The translations under genes and the position numbers were made by a program. Under the pieces are notes generated by a model. The model did no database searches, was not told where the DNA came from, and saw nothing but the letters and a program-made list of their open reading frames with translations. This document shows, in pieces, positions 1 through 9,699 of a stretch of 64,000 nt of DNA (position 1 is its first letter; each line of letters opens with the position of its first letter). The DNA is taken from NCBI GenBank assembly GCA_963708185.1, contig OY970195.1:640001-704000 (forward strand), written 5' to 3'. The DNA comes from Candidatus Peregrinibacteria bacterium (GTDB taxonomy: Bacteria; Patescibacteriota; Gracilibacteria; UBA1369).

Positions 1-560
1 GACTGGAAGGATGTTGTTGCTGTCGTCGCGGCCGTTGAAGTAGACGTTGTTGGTCGAAGCAGCCGTTCCGGTATTGGAGATGGTGCGGCGAACGTTGTTG
101 TTACTGTCCAGAATCTGAACCATGGCCGACGTAGCGACTTTGTCCAGAGTATAATAAATGGTCGTGCTTTCATTGTTCGACGGATTGAAGCTTGAAGGGC
201 TGGCGTACACGTTCGACACCACCGGAGCGTTATTGTTTGATCCATTATTGGTGATGGTGACGGAAGTGGTGTTTGTACCTGTTCCGTAGGCGTTGGATGC
301 ACTAACTTTCACGGTGTATGTTCCGACAGGAAGAATGTTGCTGCTGTCGTCGCGGCCGTTGAAAGATGTCGTATTGGTGGTTGTTGAAGATGTTCCGGTA
401 CCGCTGATGGTTCTGCGGACATTGTTGTTGCTGTCCAGGATCTGAACCATAGCGGATGTTGCCGCTTTATCGAGGTTGTAACTGATCGTCGTGGTTTCGT
501 TGTTGGACGGATTGAAACTTGAAGGATTGACGGTCAAAGACGTGACAACCGGAGCGGTGT
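1..560 (-). repeat. Near-duplicated coding repeat (~325 bp unit) of FlgD-Ig domains
   Basis: ctgtcgtcgcggccgttgaa occurs at ~20 and ~344; cggattgaa..ttgaagg and accggagcg recur at ~325-bp offset. Confidence 0.85.
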
Positions 561-1731
561 TATTGGAAGATCCATAATCAACGGCAAACGGTGAAGACTG
601 TTTGCTGTCGACGACGGTTGAAGATCCGTTGGTGAGTTCGATCTTCGCGGTGTAGTTTCCAGCAGGGACCAAGGCGTTGCTGTCGCTGCGGCCGTCCCAG
701 TTGGTGAAGTAATCATAACCGTTGGTAACGCTGGAAGAACCGAAGGTTCGAACAACGTTGTTCGAACTGTCGAGAATTTTTACGACTGCCGTTGAGCTGC
801 TATCAACAGCATAATGGATCCGGTCTGTCGTCGTGTTCGGATTGAACGATGCGTTCTCGGCATAAACATAAAGAACTTTTGGATTGTTGGTCGTGGTACC
901 GTAATCGACGGTCACCGGGACGGTTGTTACATAGGCAACCGGGGTTGCGTCGTTCTTTCCCGTAAAACGGATATAATAGGTTTTTGCTGCAACATTGGTT
1001 GAACCGACTTTTCCGTTCCAGCTGATCTGGTAGGTTCCGGCATTCTGGGTGAACGGAGAAGCACCGAGCTGGGTCAGCACGGTGTTGCCGTCGACAACTT
1101 CAATGTTGAGGTTTGCCTGGGTGTTGAGCGTATAGCTCACATAGGTTTGCTGGCCGAGGCTTGGATTGAAAGGGTTTGGGGAAGCGTTCCCGGTAGTAAT
1201 AACAACAGGCTGTGCTGCGGAATTGGAAGTGACAACGATGTTATCCTGGGCAGTGTAGGTTGCCTGGGTGCTGTCCAATTTTGCAGTAATAAGAAACTGG
1301 TATGTTCCGTCATTGACGAGCGTCCCAGTGCCATCAAGACCGTTCCACTGAGTATCATAAGCGCCGCCGTTCATGTGGATGCCGGCAGTGTGATACAGAC
1401 GATTCACTGTTGAACCGTTCTGCATGATATCGAGCCAAACCGTGGCGGGAGCGGCCAGTTCAAAATGAATGGTCGTCTGTTCGCCGTTGCTCGGTTTGAA
1501 AGTGGACGGAGTGGCCTTGGCATTGTTAATAACCCCGGTCGTGGGGCTATAAATGGCAGCCAACAGAGATGGATCTACCGTTGAGGTCGGAGTCACCGTT
1601 GAAACTCCACCGTTTGTACCGTTCACGACGGTAAAAGCGGATACGGTTTGGACCGAAGAAGAAACCACCGTAAGTACCAATGTCATGACGGTTGCCGTTT
1701 TCTTCAGCCATTGAGAAGCATATTGCAGCAT
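1..1731 (-). CDS. Large secreted surface protein with tandem FlgD-type Ig-like repeats (3' partial, runs off window)
   Basis: Manual translation from ATG at 1731 (MLQYASQWLKKTATVMTLVLTVVSSSVQTVSA, signal peptide) is open to base 1. Repeated 'PSSFNP..TTI.Y.L...V.ILDS.NNV.RT...W/FNGRD....LP.G.Y' units. Missing from the ORF track because no stop lies in the window. Confidence 0.85.
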   Translation of the reverse strand, partial: MLQYASQWLKKTATVMTLVLTVVSSSVQTVSAFTVVNGTNGGVSTVTPTSTVDPSLLAAIYSPTTGVINNAKATPSTFKPSNGEQTTIHFELAAPATVWLDIMQNGSTVNRLYHTAGIHMNGGAYDTQWNGLDGTGTLVNDGTYQFLITAKLDSTQATYTAQDNIVVTSNSAAQPVVITTGNASPNPFNPSLGQQTYVSYTLNTQANLNIEVVDGNTVLTQLGASPFTQNAGTYQISWNGKVGSTNVAAKTYYIRFTGKNDATPVAYVTTVPVTVDYGTTTNNPKVLYVYAENASFNPNTTTDRIHYAVDSSSTAVVKILDSSNNVVRTFGSSSVTNGYDYFTNWDGRSDSNALVPAGNYTAKIELTNGSSTVVDSKQSSPFAVDYGSSNNTAPVVTSLTVNPSSFNPSNNETTTISYNLDKAATSAMVQILDSNNNVRRTISGTGTSSTTTNTTSFNGRDDSSNILPVGTYTVKVSASNAYGTGTNTTSVTITNNGSNNNAPVVSNVYASPSSFNPSNNESTTIYYTLDKVATSAMVQILDSNNNVRRTISNTGTAASTNNVYFNGRDDSNNILPV

Positions 1732-2050
1732 GTTGTTGTAAAAAATGGGATAAAATTATTTACATTTTGTAGAAGGTAACCAGTACGGCTCTGCTGCCGT
1801 CAACTTCCTTAATCATTTTGGCGCTTTTTCATTACAAAAATCTTCACTCTTTTCTTTTTCAAATTGTTGAGAAAGGCTGTTATGGTAATGTTTATTGTTT
1901 ATTTTGTCAAGTTTGTTTTTTAATTTCCAAGAACTATATACACCACCTGTCGGGAAAGAAAAGTATTTCAAAGGAGTTTAATGTTGACAAAGGCGCTGAG
2001 CTTCCATATATTTGTTGAGCTTTTGATCACAATATTACAGAAAAATATTT

Positions 2051-2311
2051 ATGCCAATTATTAAGTCAGCCAAAAAGAAAGCCCGCCAGACATTGCGCCA
2101 TTTTGAACGCAATCAGGCCACAAGAACCAAGGTAAAAACCTACATGAAAAAAGTTCTTACCCTGAGCAAATCCAAACCAGAGGATGCAAAGAAACTTTTG
2201 GACGAGGCGTATTCCGTGATCGATACCGCCTGCAAGAAACATATTCTCCACCCGAACAATGCCGCCCGCAAGAAGTCCAGGCTGGCTCGTGCCGTTTCTC
2301 CGACGAAATAA
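2051..2311 (+). CDS. rpsT: 30S ribosomal protein S20
   Basis: MPIIKSAKKKARQ...IDTACKKHILHPNNAARKKSRL, typical S20. Confidence 0.97.
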   Translation: MPIIKSAKKKARQTLRHFERNQATRTKVKTYMKKVLTLSKSKPEDAKKLLDEAYSVIDTACKKHILHPNNAARKKSRLARAVSPTK

Positions 2312-2335
2312 AACTGATGGTTGTCTTGAAATCCC

Positions 2336-2364
2336 ACTGCCGCTCTGCGCGGCAGTTTTTGTTT
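2336..2364 (+). terminator. Intrinsic terminator of rpsT
   Basis: actgccgc-tctgc-gcggcagt followed by ttttgttt. Confidence 0.75.
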
Positions 2365-2478
2365 GTAAAAAAAACCTGCGCGAGTCTTTCTGATTGTGGG
2401 ATCGGACCCGCTGTATTAGAATCGTGAAGGTGTTTTGAAAAGGCCTGTAGCCTAAACTGCAGCCTTGCATCCACTCCC

Positions 2479-2554
2479 GGGCCTGTAGCTCAGTGGTTAG
2501 AGCAGTCGGCTCATAACCGATTGGTCGATGGTTCAAGTCCATCCAGGCCCACCA
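2479..2554 (+). tRNA. tRNA-Ile2 (CAT anticodon, lysidine type)
   Basis: 76-nt cloverleaf, GGGCCTG/CAGGCCC acceptor, CTCATAA loop, encoded CCA. Paired G1-C72 and ileX-like body argue against initiator Met. Confidence 0.9.
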
Positions 2555-2562
2555 GTTCATTT

Positions 2563-3024
2563 TTAATCTTCTTCGTCGATTGCCAGAAGAGCTTTCAACG
2601 GGGGCAGACCCCAGTTTTTGCGGTGTTTGTTCACTGCTTCCAGGTTGTGGACCTCGGGCATTTTGCCCAACGGTTGTGGCGGAAATCTTGATTCGACAAG
2701 CTGGCGTACTTTTTCGACATCAGTCAGGTCGATGTCATGAGGAGCGTACTCTTTTCTGCCAAAGAGAAAGGTCAGTACGTTTTTCTGCAATTCCGGGTCA
2801 TGGTCCGCAGCCAAGGCGATTTGTACGGCAGCATCGTAGCCCTTTTTTCCAACCTTGCTTATGGTGGGCCAGCCGATCTGTTTAATGATTTCGCGAAGTC
2901 GTCCGGCATCTCCCCCCTTGATTCCGTCATTTTTCATGCGCGTGAGCTCTTCCCCCAGTTCAGGATGGGAACAGTTCATGGGCTGATTTTCAATTTCCGG
3001 TTGCACGTTTTCATTCATAGCCAT
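2563..3024 (-). CDS. DUF6624-like hypothetical protein
   Basis: RLREIIKQIGWPTISKVGK...ADHDPELQ...VNKHRKNWGLPPL pattern. Confidence 0.65.
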   Translation of the reverse strand: MAMNENVQPEIENQPMNCSHPELGEELTRMKNDGIKGGDAGRLREIIKQIGWPTISKVGKKGYDAAVQIALAADHDPELQKNVLTFLFGRKEYAPHDIDLTDVEKVRQLVESRFPPQPLGKMPEVHNLEAVNKHRKNWGLPPLKALLAIDEED

Positions 3025-3140
3025 ATGAAAATTTTTGAAAGGAGCCGATTGTATAAATAAGGCCCAATGTTGTCAAGCGGGCTCATTCTTCAACTTCATA
3101 TAATTTATTGGGCGATGCTCCATAAAATTTGTCATGAAAA

Positions 3141-3168
3141 TTGACAAATTTTTAAAAATTCTTATGAT
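3141..3168 (+). promoter_or_regulatory. sigma70-type promoter
   Basis: TTGACA-16 nt-TATGAT; predicted TSS ~3173-3176. Confidence 0.7.
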
Positions 3169-3172
3169 TCGA

Positions 3173-3311
3173 TGCGACTGGATGTTTTGACTGGTAGTTA
3201 CCTATTCCGCACTGCCTGCGAGTAAAAGGGTGAAACGGACTGGTGCCGTTTCTTTCTTTTCCGTTTGCCGTTGCGAGGTAGGTAGGCTGTCAGTTTGAAG
3301 CCTATGTTGCA
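3173..3311 (+). ncRNA. Candidate structured RNA / 5' leader: ~139-nt rod-like hairpin rich in G-U pairs
   Basis: Manual pairing: 3173-3211 with 3272-3311 almost continuously; 3224-3238 with 3246-3260 (gaaacgg/ccgtttc apex). Confidence 0.65.
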
Positions 3312-3341
3312 GTTCAACCAACGTGATTCCGGAGGTAGAGC

Positions 3342-3533
3342 ATGTCGCGAAGGATGGTAGAAGAGCTCGAAGAGGTATTGCCCGAGGGTAGGAATTCGGT
3401 ACCGAAGGATCGTCGGGGGAAATCCACGACGGCCCATCATCGTGCCAGCCGCGGGGGACGCGATCGTGCGAAGGTGAAGGTTCACCGTCTCAAGGCCATG
3501 AAGGCCTGCTGCTACATCGCCCGGAGCCGCTAG
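3342..3533 (+). CDS. Small basic (Arg/Lys-rich) 63-aa protein of unknown function
   Basis: GGAGGT 5 nt before ATG; promoter upstream; strong stem-loop downstream. Confidence 0.65.
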   Translation: MSRRMVEELEEVLPEGRNSVPKDRRGKSTTAHHRASRGGRDRAKVKVHRLKAMKACCYIARSR

Positions 3534-3561
3534 ACTCCGTCGCGGCTTCAAGCCAGCTTAC

Positions 3562-3595
3562 ATATGCGGCCCGGGAAACTTTCCGGGCCGCATAT
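3562..3595. terminator. Strong stem-loop between convergent genes
   Basis: atatgcggcccgg...ccgggccgcatat, 13-bp perfect stem; U-tract weak. Confidence 0.7.
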
Positions 3596-3623
3596 CCATT
3601 TCATTCACATAAAATCTGTAAAA

Positions 3624-5621
3624 TCAGGCTACAGCGATGTTCTTTTTTTGAGGTCCATAGTCTTCAGGACCGCTTAATGCGACGAGCATTTCCGCAACCC
3701 CAAAATTCCTGTCCCAGACGTTGGGATTATAGGGTCCCCGATCCGTCGTGATGAGTCCTCCCTGGTAAATATTCGTTCCGGAGTAGACATAAGGGCTGAC
3801 GTATCCCCTGTTGCGGTATCCCAATCCGTTATATTGTTCGGCAAAGGTCATCAGTTTTCCCGGATCCGTGGTGTCAGCTTTGATGCCCAATTTATCCCTT
3901 AATCCCGTGAACATACCCAGTGCGTCGATGGCTCCCGATTCCCAATCCGGAAAAGGTCCTCTCCCGGCAGGCACGTGCGTCGTTACTTTGTCCAATGGAT
4001 CGCCGTTGCCGAGGTAACGGTCAAAACGTTGTCCTGATTCACGCTGATGGATTGCCGCGATGAGCATCCATGGGATTCCAGTGGCATTTGCGACTCTTTG
4101 ATAACGCTCACGGTTGGCAAGCGTACGTTCACGAAACTCTTTCAAACGTTTTTGGTCTTGAGGCCTGATGCTCAGTTTTTCAAAATTAGAGCGGTGATCT
4201 TCCGCGATTTTTTCGTAATTTCTCGTCTTGCTGTTCGAAATGCCTTCAGGAGATTCCAAACTTCCGTTTGAAGCGTAAGCTTTATTGGTTTCGGAGGGCT
4301 TCTTGAGAGGATCGAGCATGGCAATCCTGTACTTCCTCCCCTCATCGGAAGTCAGGAGGGACGTTGAGGTGAGCGGGTTGATTCTGGAAAACTCAAAGTG
4401 CATCGAATCCGGCTTATTGGTCCATCTGCCTCCCCATTGAAACCCCACGGCTTCCATGGCATCCACGAATGCTTTGGGGACTCTCGTTTCCGGATTCAAA
4501 TTTGTCCATTGCTGATACTGAGGATTTTTTCCGGGATCAAAATCCATGGCCACGCCCCAAGTATGGTAACTCGGCGTGTTGGTTCCGGCGATGGGACGGG
4601 GATTGAAACACTGGATGACGTCAGGATCGAATTTGTATCCTTTGGCTTTCATCCGTGCTTCAGCCTCCTTAAGATACGGATAAATGAGCGCATTGATGCT
4701 GGGAATGGGCGTTCCCATAAAGTTCAACGGCCCTCCCGTGACAGGATCGACCGTGATGAGCCTTGCTCCGACCTGTTCCCAAAAATGGCGGTCGATGGCT
4801 TCATACCTTTGTCCGTTGATTTCCGTTCGTTCTTTCAACTGCGGAGGCGTATTGATACCGTATGGAGAAATGACCGGTACCAGGGGAGCACGGCGAGGCA
4901 CTTCCATCCTCCCGCCGTATCCCGTCGAGGCTGGGACCGCTCTTTTCGGAGGGTTGTAGATTTCCATATTTTCCGCGAACATACGTCGTTTCACGGCGAG
5001 ATCATCCGCAGCCTGCGTTTCGAGAATATCGATGGTCGTTCCGGTAAAGACCGGCACGTATTTGTAGACGCCTCTCTGCAACTCATTTTCGTCATAGTAG
5101 CCGATGCGGCCGTTGGCCGGGTTGATGGCGCGAACCGCTCTTTCAATGATTCTTCCGTCAGCATACTGAACGCGAATGGCCTTTGCAGAAATCGGGAGCA
5201 AATCGCCCGCCCCGACTTTACGTTCAGCGAGGTCGTTGCCTTTGAAGTCTACTTTGAAAGACATTTTTCCTTTCGCTTTCTGATCCCTGTCCAAGAAAAG
5301 AGCTGAGAGTAATTCATGTTTCTTGAGAGGATCTTTTTCGTTGACCGCTTCTTCAACGCCGGCCCTTCGGATTTCAGCGATGTTCTCGGTCTGGTCCCAT
5401 TGCGCGGCTTTTTTGGCGAACTCCGCTTTTTCTTTTGGATCAGCCTTTTCGAAACCTTCGATGAAGCCTTTCAGATCGGCACCGATTTCGCTCAGTTTTT
5501 TCCTTCCGGGCTCTACATCCGGAGACTGCGCAGCACCGGCAAATTTTTCTTTGCCTTTCTCTCCTTCGTCTTCAGGTTGCGGCATGATGTACCAGACAAA
5601 TCTCATGATTTTCCAAGACAC
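3624..5621 (-). CDS. Bifunctional peptidoglycan hydrolase: M15 peptidase plus lysozyme-family (COG5526-like) domain
   Basis: SYHTWGVAMDFD and WGGRW..PDSMHFE (M15 Zn motifs); IPWMLIAAIHQRES...LGNGDP...VPAGRGPF...EQYNGLGY...SPYVYSGT (lysozyme family). Confidence 0.85.
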   Translation of the reverse strand: MSWKIMRFVWYIMPQPEDEGEKGKEKFAGAAQSPDVEPGRKKLSEIGADLKGFIEGFEKADPKEKAEFAKKAAQWDQTENIAEIRRAGVEEAVNEKDPLKKHELLSALFLDRDQKAKGKMSFKVDFKGNDLAERKVGAGDLLPISAKAIRVQYADGRIIERAVRAINPANGRIGYYDENELQRGVYKYVPVFTGTTIDILETQAADDLAVKRRMFAENMEIYNPPKRAVPASTGYGGRMEVPRRAPLVPVISPYGINTPPQLKERTEINGQRYEAIDRHFWEQVGARLITVDPVTGGPLNFMGTPIPSINALIYPYLKEAEARMKAKGYKFDPDVIQCFNPRPIAGTNTPSYHTWGVAMDFDPGKNPQYQQWTNLNPETRVPKAFVDAMEAVGFQWGGRWTNKPDSMHFEFSRINPLTSTSLLTSDEGRKYRIAMLDPLKKPSETNKAYASNGSLESPEGISNSKTRNYEKIAEDHRSNFEKLSIRPQDQKRLKEFRERTLANRERYQRVANATGIPWMLIAAIHQRESGQRFDRYLGNGDPLDKVTTHVPAGRGPFPDWESGAIDALGMFTGLRDKLGIKADTTDPGKLMTFAEQYNGLGYRNRGYVSPYVYSGTNIYQGGLITTDRGPYNPNVWDRNFGVAEMLVALSGPEDYGPQKKNIAVA

Positions 5622-5658
5622 TAAAAATATCTCAATATTTTAGCATATTTTTGGCTTA

Positions 5659-6090
5659 TTGACCATGTTTTTAGTTCCTGAGACAATGTGCTTGCGCGCA
5701 ACCACACCTGAAAAAGGTAAAAAAGTCGCGTTTTCCTTTATTTTCTCATCGAATCCCATGTTCAAAAAAGTACAAATTTTTCACCAGTTCATGGAATCTT
5801 TCATAAAAATCTTCAATTTTACTTTTTTTGTGGCCTCGATCACGTTCTGGATTATTATCACCATCAAGAATATCTCCACCCAGCCGTTTGAAATCGGGCT
5901 GCTGTGGAGTGCTTTCAATGAGATGTATGGCCAGTTGTCTTTTAAAATCGGCTGTATTTTCCTGATTATCTTTAACGGATTCGCTTCGATCCGGGGGATT
6001 TTGCAGCAATATATGGACCTGGCCGAACAGGTTCAACACACCAACCGCATCAAGAGATTTCTCACGACACTTTTTTCAGGAAAGAAGTGA
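5659..6090 (+). CDS. Hypothetical membrane protein (2 TM; true start probably 5758)
   Basis: Two hydrophobic stretches; fills the intergenic space. Confidence 0.55.
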   Translation: MTMFLVPETMCLRATTPEKGKKVAFSFIFSSNPMFKKVQIFHQFMESFIKIFNFTFFVASITFWIIITIKNISTQPFEIGLLWSAFNEMYGQLSFKIGCIFLIIFNGFASIRGILQQYMDLAEQVQHTNRIKRFLTTLFSGKK

Positions 6091-6111
6091 TCTTAGAATT
6101 GATTTTTTAGT

Positions 6112-6140
6112 TTGACATTCTCTGTTTTTTCGCTTAATTT
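6112..6140 (+). promoter_or_regulatory. sigma70-type promoter of suf operon
   Basis: TTGACA-17 nt-TAATTT. Confidence 0.55.
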
Positions 6141-6170
6141 AGGGCCACTCTAAATTAAGACCGCCAAGGT

Positions 6171-6662
6171 ATGATATCAGGACTGCAACCATTCTCAAGA
6201 GAGCAAAAACACGGATTCCTCCAGTTCTCTCAAAAATTGGATTACGGGCTTTTCCTGCTTATGGAACTGGCGAGGAAACAGGTTAAAGATTCGGGTTTGA
6301 AAACTCTTGCCCCCCTTTCAATCAGGACTTTCTGTGAAGAAAACGGCATGTCTTTTTTCTTCATGCAGAAGGTCGCTTTTGAGCTCCGCAAAGCTGATAT
6401 CGTTCGCGCGGCTCGCGGAAAAAACGGCGGGTACGTCCTGGCAAAAGCCGCTTCCTCTCTTCCATTGAAAGACATCATCGAGGTTCTGGAAGGTCCGCTG
6501 ACCGTCATGCATTGTCTGGTCAGCGAAACCTCAAACTGTTCACGTCAGCCGCGCTGCCAGATGCGCCACGGGCTGGGAACCATCAATCAGGCCATCATTG
6601 ATATTTTTACTAATACGACATTATATAATTTACTTCATTCACCATGGAAACAAGCCGTATAA
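6171..6662 (+). CDS. Rrf2/IscR-family transcriptional regulator
   Basis: DYGL..L..LA, RGKNGGYVLAK, DIIEVLEG, three C-terminal Cys; heads the suf operon. Confidence 0.9.
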   Translation: MISGLQPFSREQKHGFLQFSQKLDYGLFLLMELARKQVKDSGLKTLAPLSIRTFCEENGMSFFFMQKVAFELRKADIVRAARGKNGGYVLAKAASSLPLKDIIEVLEGPLTVMHCLVSETSNCSRQPRCQMRHGLGTINQAIIDIFTNTTLYNLLHSPWKQAV

Positions 6663-7516
6663 ACCAAACTGCGCACAAAAAAATTGTTCAAACCGGAACG
6701 AATCGCGGTTTACCCCAAACTTTTTACAAAGACGTAACGCTCGAGATAAAAAATCTGAGTGTCGCCGTGGAAGGCAAAGATATCCTCAAAGACTTTTCTC
6801 TGACGATCAAATCAGGAGAAATGCATATCATCATGGGTCCGAACGGTTCAGGAAAAAGTACGCTCTGCAATGCGCTCATGGGCCATCCGAAATATGAAAT
6901 TACGGGAGGTGAAGCGTTGCTTAACGGCATTAACATTGTCGATATGGATCCGGACAAGCGTGCACAGCTCGGCATGTTCCTGGCGTTCCAGTATCCGCGT
7001 GAAATTCCCGGCATCACCTTCGGCAACTTTTTGCGCCACGCGGTAAACGCCATCCAGAAGGCCAATGATCCCGACGCCAAACCTTACGGTCCGGCAGAGT
7101 TCGTCCCGATCGTCCGACAACAGTTTGATGTCGTCAAAATGAACAGCCAGTTCATCGGACGCAGCGTGAACGAAGGATTTTCCGGTGGTGAGAAAAAACG
7201 TGCTGAAATCATCCAGATGGCCACACTTCAGCCAAAAATCGCCATGCTCGACGAAATCGATTCCGGACTGGACATTGACGCGCTCAAAATTGTCGCCGGC
7301 GGAATCCAGGAAGTTTTCGAAAGGATCAATATGGGAGTCCTGCTCATCACGCACTACCAAAGAATTTTGAACTACCTGAAACCGCAGTTCGTGCACATCA
7401 TGGTCAACGGCAAAATCGTTAAATCCGGCGGAAGCGAACTTGCGACGGAACTTGAAAAGAACGGCTATGAAAAGTTTATCGCCGCAGCCGCGAATGCCTG
7501 CGAGATCAAGCGTTAA
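6644..7516 (+). CDS. sufC: Fe-S assembly ATPase SufC
   Basis: GPNGSGKST, FLAFQYP, VNEGFSGGEKKR, LDEIDSGLDIDAL, ITHYQRIL. Confidence 0.97.
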   Translation: METSRINQTAHKKIVQTGTNRGLPQTFYKDVTLEIKNLSVAVEGKDILKDFSLTIKSGEMHIIMGPNGSGKSTLCNALMGHPKYEITGGEALLNGINIVDMDPDKRAQLGMFLAFQYPREIPGITFGNFLRHAVNAIQKANDPDAKPYGPAEFVPIVRQQFDVVKMNSQFIGRSVNEGFSGGEKKRAEIIQMATLQPKIAMLDEIDSGLDIDALKIVAGGIQEVFERINMGVLLITHYQRILNYLKPQFVHIMVNGKIVKSGGSELATELEKNGYEKFIAAAANACEIKR

Positions 7517-7546
7517 TTTCCTCTTTACACTCTAATTTTTACGACC

Positions 7547-8959
<1,413 letters not shown>

Positions 8960-8979
8960 TATTCATTTATTTTTCAAAC

Positions 8980-9699
8980 GTGAAAGGATTTCTAACGAAA
9001 AATCTGGAGACGGGAGCAACACAAACTTTTGAGGATATCGGGGAAGCGTTCGTTGTTCCAGCCGATACGAAGATGATCTGCATGGTTTCCGCCGCCAAAA
9101 CATGCAACGTCGTACTTCAGCAAAATTCGCAACTGACCTTTGTTCTTTTTGCGACAGAGGGTTGGGATGGTACGCCGAAAATCACTTTCGAATTCGCCGG
9201 GAAAAACAGCGAACTGCAATGTCTCGGCGTCATTGTCGGGACAAAGGAGATGAAATTTTCTTTTGAAACGATTTCACGCCACATCGTTCCGGAAACAAAA
9301 GCTTCATACCGTATCCGTGCCGCGATGTTTGATCGTTCCCTCGTCGATTACAAAGGCAATCTCATCATCACGAAGCCGGCGCAACTGACCGACACTTATC
9401 TTTCCCATGACACGCTGCTGCTTTCGGATTATGCACGTGCGAAAACGGTTCCGGCATTGGAAATTGAAGCTGACGACGTGAAGGCCGGCCATGCCGCGAC
9501 GATCGGAAAAGTCGATGAAGAGCTGATGTTCTACCTATTGAGCCGAGGCATCGAAAGCAAGGAGGCCGGACAGATGCTCATCAACGGTTTTTTTGAAAGC
9601 CAGCTGGCGCTGATTCCAGATGAAGAGATACGCGAAGGCCTTCAGAAAGCGATTGCCCAGGCCCTGCCTCTTCCGTCATTAGAATATGCAAATGTTTGA
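8980..9699 (+). CDS. sufD: SufD-like protein (short)
   Basis: PALEIEADDVKAGHAATIGKVDEELMFYLLSRGI. Confidence 0.92.
   Translation: MKGFLTKNLETGATQTFEDIGEAFVVPADTKMICMVSAAKTCNVVLQQNSQLTFVLFATEGWDGTPKITFEFAGKNSELQCLGVIVGTKEMKFSFETISRHIVPETKASYRIRAAMFDRSLVDYKGNLIITKPAQLTDTYLSHDTLLLSDYARAKTVPALEIEADDVKAGHAATIGKVDEELMFYLLSRGIESKEAGQMLINGFFESQLALIPDEEIREGLQKAIAQALPLPSLEYANV

Noticed and set aside
2479-2554. tRNA-Met/fMet
   Set aside because: G1-C72 is paired, there is no GGG/CCC anticodon stem, and the body resembles Ile2 tRNAs. Elongator Met is not fully excluded.
3173-3600. tmRNA, RNase P or SRP RNA
   Set aside because: No tRNA-like ends, no GAGGAAAGTCC, no SRP GGAA domain-IV motif. Canonical 6S was not assigned because the central bubble is small.
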